Shown here: in pieces, positions 56,095-63,241 of the stretch
Position numbering within the stretch: the first letter of the stretch is position 1
Layout of the letters: every line of letters begins with the position of its first letter
DNA from: Candidatus Micrarchaeota archaeon
Lineage (GTDB): Archaea > Micrarchaeota > Micrarchaeia > Anstonellales > Anstonellaceae
Length of the DNA: 63,241 nt
NCBI GenBank assembly: GCA_026414325.1
Contig: JAOAJF010000002.1
Location: forward strand, 1-63,241
Direction: 5' to 3'
Program-made: the position numbers and the translations under genes
The notes under the pieces: model-generated
The model's database searches: none
The model's input: only the letters and a program-made list of their open reading frames with translations
Told to the model about the DNA's origin: nothing

Positions 56095-58302
56095 TTAGTT
56101 AATTGATTTTGGTTTATAATAATTTAAAGAAAATGTATTTAGTACAACGCTCACTGAGCTAAAAGCCATGGCCAAACCTGCAAACATAGGATTTAAAAGC
56201 AAACCAAAAGAAGGATAAAATATACCTGCTGCTAAAAATAGTCCAAAGATGTTATAGATAAAAGCCCAAAAAAAGTTTTGCTTAATTTTTTTAAAGATTA
56301 TCTGATTTAGCTCAAGTGCAGCTAAAACATGGATTGGGTCGTTTTTCAGTAAAATAATTTGGCCTGTTTCCAAGGCAATATCTGAACCACTAGCCATAAC
56401 AATAGACACATTTGCTTGAGCCAAAGCAGGAGAGTCATTTATTCCATCTCCGACCATAGCAACTATTTTACCTTCTTTTTGAAGTTTTATTATTTCTTGA
56501 GCTTTTGTTGTTGGTAAAACTTCAGATATTATTTTATCTATTTTAAGATGTCTACCAATTGCCTGAGCTACTCTAAAATTGTCTCCTGTTAGAAGGATTG
56601 TCTGTTTTCCCATTTTCTTTAGTTTATCAATAACTAGCAATGAATTTGGCTTTAAATTATCTACTACAGTGATTAAACCTATAATTTTTTTATTTAAAGC
56701 TAATAGTATTGCAGTCTTACCTTCATTTTCTAAATTGTTTATTTGAGTTTCAAATTTAGAAACATTTATTTTGTAAAGAGAGTAGAGTTTTTTGTTTCCA
56801 AAAAATATTTTATTCTTTTTGTAATTTGCGACTATTCCTTTTCCAACAATTATTTTAGATTTATCTGGATAGGGAATAATTAGATTAAATTTTTTAGCTT
56901 CTTCTAAAATAGCTTTTGAAATTGGATGCTCTGAGCCTTTTTCAGCCACAGCAGCATAAAAAAGAATTTCGTTTTTAGAATATTTAGATAAAGAAATAAT
57001 ATCAACTACTGAGGGTTTTCCTTCTGTTAGTGTGCCGGTTTTATCAAAAATTACAGTGTTTATTTTTCCAACAGATTCCAATGCTGCTGGGTCTTTAATT
57101 AATATTCCTTCCTTTGCTGCCTTAGAAGTACCTACTAATATTGCTATAGGGGTTGCTAAACCCAATGCACAAGGACAAGCGATAATAAGAATTGAAACAA
57201 AGATATCTAAAATAAAGGGTATATCCTTGCCAGCAAAAAACCAAAATGCAGAACTAATAATTGCAAATATTAAAACTGCTGGTACAAAAATGCTGCTTAT
57301 TTTATCTGCTAACTTTTGAATAGGTGGCTTTCTTTGTTGAGCATCAATAACCAATTTTACAATTTGGCTAAGAAGCATATCTTCTCCTATCTTGGTTGCT
57401 TTTATATGAAGATAGCCACTTTGGTTTAAAGTTCCTCCAAAAACTTTGTCGCCTTTTGTTTTTTCTACTGCTAAACTTTCACCACTAATCATAGACTCGT
57501 CGACAGCAGAATAACCCTTTAAAACAATTCCATCTACTGGAATTTTTTGGCCTGGTTTAACTAGGACAATGTCACCAACTTTTATTTGATTTATTGGGAC
57601 CTGAATTTCTTTTCCATTTTTTAATAAGGTTGTTGTTGACGGTTGCAATAGAAGTAATTTTTGAATAGCATTAGATGCTTTAGCATTTGAAAGAGCAACA
57701 AGAAAATTTCCAAGTAAAACAAAAGTGATTAAAACTGCAGAAGTTTCAAAATATAACATTTCTTTCTCGTTTAAAAAAAATACTAAATAGAGACTATAAA
57801 AATAAGCAGCAGAGGTTCCTAAAACAATCAAAGTATCCATTGTAGCGGTTTTATTTTTCAATGCCCCAAAAGCATTTTTATAAAATCTAAAACCAACAAA
57901 AAACTGAACTATACTAGAGCAGAGTATTACAATTTCTAAATCGAATGGAAAACTTATGTTAAACCATTTAAAAGGCATTGAAATAAGAAAAACTGGAGTA
58001 GTAAAAAAAAGTGAAATTAAAAGTAGAAGCTTTAGCTCTGAGATCTCTTTTTTTTGTTCTTCTTGTTGTTTATGAAAATAATCTTTTTCTTGGAAAAATT
58101 CAATTCCATAACCAAGCTCCTTTACAATTGAAACTATTTTGTTCTCATTTATTATACTCTCATCAAAAGAAACAGTACCAGAAGAGGTAGCAAAATCTAC
58201 TGAAACAAATTTTATTCCTTTTGTTTTTTCTAAAGTACTGGCTATTGTTTGAGCACAAGAAGCACAATGCATTCTACTTACTAGAAATTTTTTTACTTTC
58301 AT
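56095..58302 (-). CDS. copA: Copper-translocating P1B-type ATPase
   Basis: N-terminal [15 protein letters not shown]6 CPC ([13 protein letters not shown]), DKTGTLT, SEHPIS and [10 protein letters not shown]. Confidence 0.9.
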   Translation of the reverse strand: MKVKKFLVSRMHCASCAQTIASTLEKTKGIKFVSVDFATSSGTVSFDESIINENKIVSIVKELGYGIEFFQEKDYFHKQQEEQKKEISELKLLLLISLFFTTPVFLISMPFKWFNISFPFDLEIVILCSSIVQFFVGFRFYKNAFGALKNKTATMDTLIVLGTSAAYFYSLYLVFFLNEKEMLYFETSAVLITFVLLGNFLVALSNAKASNAIQKLLLLQPSTTTLLKNGKEIQVPINQIKVGDIVLVKPGQKIPVDGIVLKGYSAVDESMISGESLAVEKTKGDKVFGGTLNQSGYLHIKATKIGEDMLLSQIVKLVIDAQQRKPPIQKLADKISSIFVPAVLIFAIISSAFWFFAGKDIPFILDIFVSILIIACPCALGLATPIAILVGTSKAAKEGILIKDPAALESVGKINTVIFDKTGTLTEGKPSVVDIISLSKYSKNEILFYAAVAEKGSEHPISKAILEEAKKFNLIIPYPDKSKIIVGKGIVANYKKNKIFFGNKKLYSLYKINVSKFETQINNLENEGKTAILLALNKKIIGLITVVDNLKPNSLLVIDKLKKMGKQTILLTGDNFRVAQAIGRHLKIDKIISEVLPTTKAQEIIKLQKEGKIVAMVGDGINDSPALAQANVSIVMASGSDIALETGQIILLKNDPIHVLAALELNQIIFKKIKQNFFWAFIYNIFGLFLAAGIFYPSFGLLLNPMFAGLAMAFSSVSVVLNTFSLNYYKPKSIN

Positions 58303-58312
58303 TTTAATCCCT

Positions 58313-58813
58313 TTAACTAAAGAGCCTAATTCCTTGTTCTAAATCTGACTTTTTTATTAGTAAAGAGTTATTAAAAACAAATGAAGGTAAGTAAACTGGC
58401 CAGCATCCCCCTCCTGCTTTATTTTCCTTTCCCAACATATCGATCAAAAATTTATTTCCGCAAGCATTGCACACCATATAGTTATCTTCTTGCCTATAAC
58501 CCTTTTTATAGGGATAGCAAACATCGCAAGCATCGAAAGCTGTTTTGATTGAGCCATCTGAAGCTTTTAGAACAAAAAATCTTATATTTGTTCCATTTAA
58601 GTTATAAGTATAAAACTTTGCCTTATTTGAGATCTCAGCTAAATCTATTAATAAATATTCGTTTAAATCAAAGCTTGAAGAATTTTTTTGCTCAAAAGAA
58701 TTATTATTGGATAAAAAATTGGGCTGGTTTTTGTTTACTACAAAAAATAAGATAATAAGGCAAATAAGGACTGAAAAAATAAATAAATTCGTTCCAGAAA
58801 AAATTTTTAACAA
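58313..58813 (-). CDS. Membrane-anchored Cys-rich metal-binding protein, DUF2318-like
   Basis: N-terminal TM helix, then [30 protein letters not shown]...[10 protein letters not shown]. It lies 10 nt upstream of copA. Confidence 0.5.
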   Translation of the reverse strand: MLKIFSGTNLFIFSVLICLIILFFVVNKNQPNFLSNNNSFEQKNSSSFDLNEYLLIDLAEISNKAKFYTYNLNGTNIRFFVLKASDGSIKTAFDACDVCYPYKKGYRQEDNYMVCNACGNKFLIDMLGKENKAGGGCWPVYLPSFVFNNSLLIKKSDLEQGIRLFS

Positions 58814-58836
58814 TTCAACTACCTCGTCTTTTTAAT

Positions 58837-59874
58837 TTATTTTCTATATCCGCAGCCACAGCTACATCCTCCCAAACTAAGAGAGCAGCCTTTAGCCTGA
58901 GCATTAGAATTATTTGTAAAAGATTGAAAATTTGAATTTTGTAATTGACTATTTTGTTGAGAAAAATTACTGTCTAAGTTTTGGACTAAAGATGCTTTAT
59001 AGGTTTTAAAAACATCTAAAGAAAGTATTTGCTGTTGAGTTACTTTTGAGGGATCAAAAGAAATTGTAAAATAGTTTGGAAAGTCATATTTTACTGCTTT
59101 TACTCCGTTAAGTTTTTTCAATTCACTAGAAATTAAAGGAGAGTGCCCTGAACAAGGAATATCAACACTTAATTTTATTAACTGAAAATTATTTTGTGAG
59201 TTGTTAGAGCTAGAAATATTAGTAGAAATATTAGAATTGGAAAAAGACAAGAGAGCTGAATCTGAGGTAGAGGCTGTAGCAAAATTAGTTACTATTGGAA
59301 ATATAAATAGAAATAATATTAGATTAATAGTTAGAGTTGAGCCATATAAGGTAAAAAGATATTTCCATTTCTTTTTTATTCCTTCTATAGATAGTAGACC
59401 AACTGATTTAAGATATATAAGTGCTGAAAAGGTTGCTATAGCAATAGATAAAACTATTAGTATGTAGAAAAAATAGGGGCTTAATAAAAATGGTTTGAAA
59501 AATTCTACTGCAAGACTTACTCCTAAAATAGAAGCTAAAATAAAAGCTATACAAAAAGTATGAGGAATTAAACCATAGATTAAACCACTAAGTAAAGAAT
59601 TTTGATTAAATGAAGAAGAAGCATTAGACAAATTATTATTACAAATACAAGGATTTGAGTTACAGACGCAATAACCTAAAGAAATTATTTTTGATTTGAT
59701 TTTGTCTAAACTTATCTTTTTTTTATCATAAATTATTGTTGCTAATTCTTTTTGTAAATTAATTTCTACTGATTTTATTCCCTCTATAGCTAAAGCTGAT
59801 TTAATTTTGTTTACACAGCTTATGCAACTCATTTTTTTTATGTTAAATTCTGCTTTTGATGTTGAATCTTGCAT
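58837..59874 (-). CDS. HMA-domain / polytopic membrane / HMA-like fusion protein with a Cys-rich C-terminus
   Basis: N-terminal MSCISCVNKIKSAL (CxxC HMA), CVCNSNPCIC, about 4 TM helices, a second ferredoxin-like domain IKLSVDIPCSGHSPLISSELKKLNGVKAVKYDF, and the tail GCSLSLGGCSCGCGYRK. Confidence 0.6.
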   Translation of the reverse strand: MQDSTSKAEFNIKKMSCISCVNKIKSALAIEGIKSVEINLQKELATIIYDKKKISLDKIKSKIISLGYCVCNSNPCICNNNLSNASSSFNQNSLLSGLIYGLIPHTFCIAFILASILGVSLAVEFFKPFLLSPYFFYILIVLSIAIATFSALIYLKSVGLLSIEGIKKKWKYLFTLYGSTLTINLILFLFIFPIVTNFATASTSDSALLSFSNSNISTNISSSNNSQNNFQLIKLSVDIPCSGHSPLISSELKKLNGVKAVKYDFPNYFTISFDPSKVTQQQILSLDVFKTYKASLVQNLDSNFSQQNSQLQNSNFQSFTNNSNAQAKGCSLSLGGCSCGCGYRK

Positions 59875-59953
59875 AAAAACACCAAATAAAAAGAAAATGA
59901 AACAGCTTAAAAAGAATAGTAAAAAACTAGTTTCAAACTAATTTCTAAAAAAC

Positions 59954-60463
59954 CTAGTGCTTTAAAACCACTATGTTGGACATACCTCTTCTCTTTCTTT
60001 CAATAAGCCCCCTTCCTTCTAGTTTATCTAAGATTCTACTTACTTTTACTTTTGAAAAACCTTTAGACTCATCTATAAGTTCAGATTGCAAAATTGCACC
60101 TGCAGAATCTATAATTTTTTGAAAAATAATTTTTTCTTCATTAGATAAAAGCTTAAGAATTTCATTATAATTTTTAGGTTTAGGCTCTTGTTTTGCGCTT
60201 TCTTTTTGTTTAGAGCTTTTAAAAACTATTTTCTTTTCTTCTTTTGCAAAAAACATAAAATAAATACTTAAAACAAAAATTATTCCTAATAGTATTAAAC
60301 TTATATTTGTGTGAAAATCTATACTTCCCCACATAGGGCAGGATGGACCATGAGAACAAGAAGTGTTTACTATTTCAACTAAAGCCCTATTAAACAAAAA
60401 TATTATTAAACCAACTATTAAAGAGATTATGAATAATAAAAAACCAACAGTTTTATTGTTCAT
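59954..60463 (-). CDS. Membrane-tethered winged-helix transcriptional regulator with a Cys/His/Met-containing extracytoplasmic loop
   Basis: Two TM helices flank NTSCSHGPSCPMWGS. C-terminal wHTH is ILQSELIDESKGFSKVKVSRILDKLEGRGLIERKRRG. It is the first gene of the copper operon. Confidence 0.6.
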   Translation of the reverse strand: MNNKTVGFLLFIISLIVGLIIFLFNRALVEIVNTSCSHGPSCPMWGSIDFHTNISLILLGIIFVLSIYFMFFAKEEKKIVFKSSKQKESAKQEPKPKNYNEILKLLSNEEKIIFQKIIDSAGAILQSELIDESKGFSKVKVSRILDKLEGRGLIERKRRGMSNIVVLKH

Positions 60464-60508
60464 AAAAAAATTAATCTTAAGAGTTTTATAAATCTAACTT
60501 GTTTATTC

Positions 60509-61861
60509 TCAATTAATTTTTCTTAAAAAATAGTCTGCAGCAATGGCCAAAAATGTTTTATTTTTTAATAGCTCTTCTGGTTTGAAGATAGATGCTTTTG
60601 CTATAGCTTTATGCAACTCTTTTGGAATTCCAAACTTTGCTGGATTTTTTAAAATAAAGCTCACCAGTTCTTCTGGTCTAAAAAACTTTCTTTTTTCAAT
60701 TGCTATAATTTGATGGTGTTCAACATGAATATTAAGAGCTTTTTTATGTTTTTTTATAAATTCTTGCACATTTTTTTCATCAAAAATTTCTGGACCTTGA
60801 ATATGTTTGATTAGAGGGAGAGAAAAATCCAGGCTTTCTAAAAGTATAAAACAATTTGTCTCATCTGCATAAAAATAGTAATCAATAATTCTAAATTCTT
60901 CTTTTTCTAGATTAAATACTAAGGAATTTGTCATTTTTCTTAACTGGGGCCAGAGAATATCTTCTACTAAATCTGGGTTTTTAAAACTAATAACTAAGAT
61001 ATTTGATTTTCTTTTTTGAATTATTTTTTTTAAAGTAACTGAATTTGGCTGTGGTTTTTTTGGAAAAAAATATAGTAGAGAAGGCTTAGCTAAAAATTTT
61101 CTTGCTGCTAGAACAAATCTTGAAAAAGAGGTTCTTGAAACGACTGCTGCAACATTTCTTTTTTTATCTACCGGGTCTACAACTATAAAATTTGCTGTTT
61201 TAAAAAAGTTTAGTGCCTCTTCTTTTGAATAATAACCTTTCACATCAATTACTGTGTATTTTTCCCATTTAGCTGCAGCTTCTAATAATTTTAAAAATGA
61301 GCCATAATAAAGTATCAAGAGCTCGCAAAGATAGCCAGAAAAACCTTCTACCCTTAAAGAAGCTCCATAAATTCCTAAGTTATCTAAAAATTTTTTTAGT
61401 AATCTAACTTCATCTTTTTGTTCTTCTTTTAGATGGGAATTTATAAATTGAGTATGAAGCTGAGAGCGATCAACTGCTGTTTTTAATTTAGCAATATTTG
61501 CTGTTTTAGAAGATGGAACTATATCTATTTTAAAGTTGTCATAAAAAACTTTTAAATAAGGATGTTGTGCATATCTAACTTCTGTTCTAAAGCCTTGGAA
61601 AGCTTTTTTAGAATAGAGTAGACCCAACTTTTTTATTTGTTCTGTGCTATAATTTGGGCCAAATAATAAAAAAAAATCTATATCAATATTTGTATTTAGA
61701 TAAGTACCTTTAGCAACTGAGCCGCAAAGAAGAATTTCTACATCTTTTGGTAAAGTTTTTTGAAGATTATTTTTTACTAAGTGTATTAAATTAGAAATTT
61801 TTTCTTCTAATTTTTTAGAAGGTCTTAATTTCTTTTTTACTTTTTCGATTAGTTTTTGCAT
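60509..61861 (-). CDS. cca: CCA-adding enzyme (class I, archaeal tRNA nucleotidyltransferase)
   Basis: LCGSVAKGTYLNTNIDIDFFLLF (Pol-beta NT motif GS...DxD) and RAQHPYL-type YAQHPYLKV. 450 aa. Confidence 0.85.
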   Translation of the reverse strand: MQKLIEKVKKKLRPSKKLEEKISNLIHLVKNNLQKTLPKDVEILLCGSVAKGTYLNTNIDIDFFLLFGPNYSTEQIKKLGLLYSKKAFQGFRTEVRYAQHPYLKVFYDNFKIDIVPSSKTANIAKLKTAVDRSQLHTQFINSHLKEEQKDEVRLLKKFLDNLGIYGASLRVEGFSGYLCELLILYYGSFLKLLEAAAKWEKYTVIDVKGYYSKEEALNFFKTANFIVVDPVDKKRNVAAVVSRTSFSRFVLAARKFLAKPSLLYFFPKKPQPNSVTLKKIIQKRKSNILVISFKNPDLVEDILWPQLRKMTNSLVFNLEKEEFRIIDYYFYADETNCFILLESLDFSLPLIKHIQGPEIFDEKNVQEFIKKHKKALNIHVEHHQIIAIEKRKFFRPEELVSFILKNPAKFGIPKELHKAIAKASIFKPEELLKNKTFLAIAADYFLRKIN

Positions 61862-61891
61862 AAAAACAACTAGCCAAATAAAACTTAAAAA

Positions 61892-62440
61892 CTATACTAT
61901 TTTAAAATTTTTTATTACTTCATAAACATAGCCTTGAGAAGTAGGATTACTTCTAAAAATTGATATGTGGTCAACAGCGCAGTTCTTCTCATTCCATACA
62001 ATAGTACTATATCGTTTTACTAAATCAGAAGCATTTAGCTTCTTGCTTGAGCGGGCAATAGTTATATGTGGCTTAAATGGCTTATTATCTTTAAAAGAAA
62101 GAGAGGCTAATTCCTCTCTTATTTTTTCTGCTAATAAATTTAAATTTTCAGATTGCAAGCCGCAGAATAAAACAGTAGCAAATTTATCCTTAGGAAAAGC
62201 TCCAAAACCAACACATTTTGCTTCAAAAGTTTTATAACTCGAACATATCTGAGAAAGTTTTTCTGAAATTAAATTGATATCTTCTAAAGTTACATTATTT
62301 CCTAAAAATAAAAATGTTAGATGCAGTTTTTCTTCTGGAACAAATCTCCAGAAAGAATTTTCTTTTTTTAATTTTTTCTGAAAATTTACTAAGGCTATTA
62401 GGGAATTTTGATCTGGTCTAAAGCCAATAAAACAGCGCAT
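61892..62440 (-). CDS. thpR: RNA 2',3'-cyclic phosphodiesterase (2H family, ThpR/LigT)
   Basis: Two HxT motifs: KLHLTFLFLG and KPHITIARS. 182 aa. Confidence 0.8.
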   Translation of the reverse strand: MRCFIGFRPDQNSLIALVNFQKKLKKENSFWRFVPEEKLHLTFLFLGNNVTLEDINLISEKLSQICSSYKTFEAKCVGFGAFPKDKFATVLFCGLQSENLNLLAEKIREELASLSFKDNKPFKPHITIARSSKKLNASDLVKRYSTIVWNEKNCAVDHISIFRSNPTSQGYVYEVIKNFKIV

Positions 62441-62491
62441 AAAACTATTTCAATAAAAAGATTTATAATTATAAAATTCTAAATTTGGAAT

Positions 62492-63222
62492 ATGAAAAAC
62501 TCTATTATTTTACTCTTAATTTTGCTTTTGAATTTGAATTATCTATATTCACAATCTTTAGAGCTTCTTCTACCAAATAAAACGATTGGACAATATCAAA
62601 GCATATATTATGGAGAGGTTGGACCTGGACAGACCTTTATTATAAAAATTAATCCAATAGTAAGAGATAAAAATGGTGAGTTTTTAGGCCAGTGGGATTT
62701 GGCTCAGGTAAGTAAAATGCCAGAAGGCTGGAAGGCAGTACCATCAAAAATCTATGCAAATCCTTTGGTTGTAGAAATAACTTCACCCAAATATGCCGAG
62801 GATGGAGAGTATAGCATAGAAATAGAAGTAATTGATGAAAAAAATCAAGAAAATATAGGAGGAAAATTCGTATTTGAAATAATAGTTAAAATAAACAAAA
62901 AGGTTGTTAGTAGTACAATAATACAAAAACCAAAAGTGGTGGGAGCAGGCCAACCTGCAAGATTTGTAGTAGAAATAGAAAATCTTGGAAATGCAAAAGA
63001 TGTTTTTGTTGTTTCTCTAAAGGGAGTAAAACAATTAGAATTTGAAAAATATGTCTACATTCCCCCTAAAGAAAATAGAACTGTGGTTTTTGAATTTACT
63101 GAACCTACTGCTGGTAAATATTCTCTACTACTTGAGGTAAAATCCCTCTCTTCCCCAAAGATAGCTACAGAAAACAAAATAGACTTTATTATAAAAACTG
63201 ATTTGGCTACTGAGTATAGAGC
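62492..63222 (+). CDS. Secreted protein with CARDB/NEW3-like Ig-fold repeats, 3'-truncated (absent from the ORF track)
   Basis: Hand translation from ATG 62492 gives MKNSIILLLILLLNLNYLYSQS..., then GAGQPARFVVEIENLGNAKDVFVVSL...ENRTVVFEFTEPTAGKYSLLLEV. The frame runs into the terminal adapter. Confidence 0.65.
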
Positions 63223-63241
63223 CTGTCTCTTATACACATCT
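63223..63241. other. Nextera/Tn5 mosaic-end adapter sequence (non-biological contig end)
   Basis: The terminal 19 nt CTGTCTCTTATACACATCT exactly match the Tn5 mosaic end used in Nextera libraries. Confidence 0.95.

Noticed and set aside
1-63241. Search for prophage, transposon, integrase, toxin-antitoxin, restriction-modification or other defence islands
   Set aside because: I recognised no integrase, transposase catalytic domain, Cas, restriction enzyme, or methylase-plus-nuclease pair in any listed or hand-translated ORF. The only mobile-element-like trace is the HTH mini-ORF at 14389-14565.

Overview
This is an AT-rich archaeal contig, about 30% GC by eye (not computed). It looks like a metagenome-assembled, small-genome DPANN-like archaeon. 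Archaeal markers are a complete A-type ATP synthase operon (atpHIKECFABD, 28.5-37.1 kb), Alba, archaeal-type ProRS, AspRS and AlaRS, a class I CCA-adding enzyme, an intron-containing tRNA-Leu and a C/D-box sRNA candidate.

Metabolic content:
- The AMP-salvage / form III RuBisCO pathway is split over two loci: R15P isomerase plus AMP phosphorylase at 11.7-14.2 kb, and rbcL at 39.2 kb.
- There is a two-subunit 2-oxoacid:ferredoxin oxidoreductase.
- There is a full-motif [FeFe]-hydrogenase, with no HydEFG maturases in the window.
- There is a four-gene GDP-D-glycero-D-manno-heptose pathway next to a GT4 glycosyltransferase.
- There is a copper-export operon headed by a membrane-tethered wHTH regulator.

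The accessory content is mostly cysteine-rich secreted or anchored proteins: 3-1832 (missing from the ORF track), 41679-45527 (1282 aa) and 55129-56010. An ankyrin-repeat protein lies next to the largest of these.

Other notable items are a 166-aa FtsZ-like GTPase-domain remnant, six tRNAs, a 55-aa CxxC zinc-ribbon gene missing from the ORF track, and edge-truncated genes at both ends.

Assembly notes: the contig starts inside a perfect 156-bp coding tandem repeat and ends in a 19-nt Nextera/Tn5 mosaic-end adapter. I found no CRISPR array, prophage or clear mobile element. All homology calls rest on motif recognition by eye; no database search was possible.
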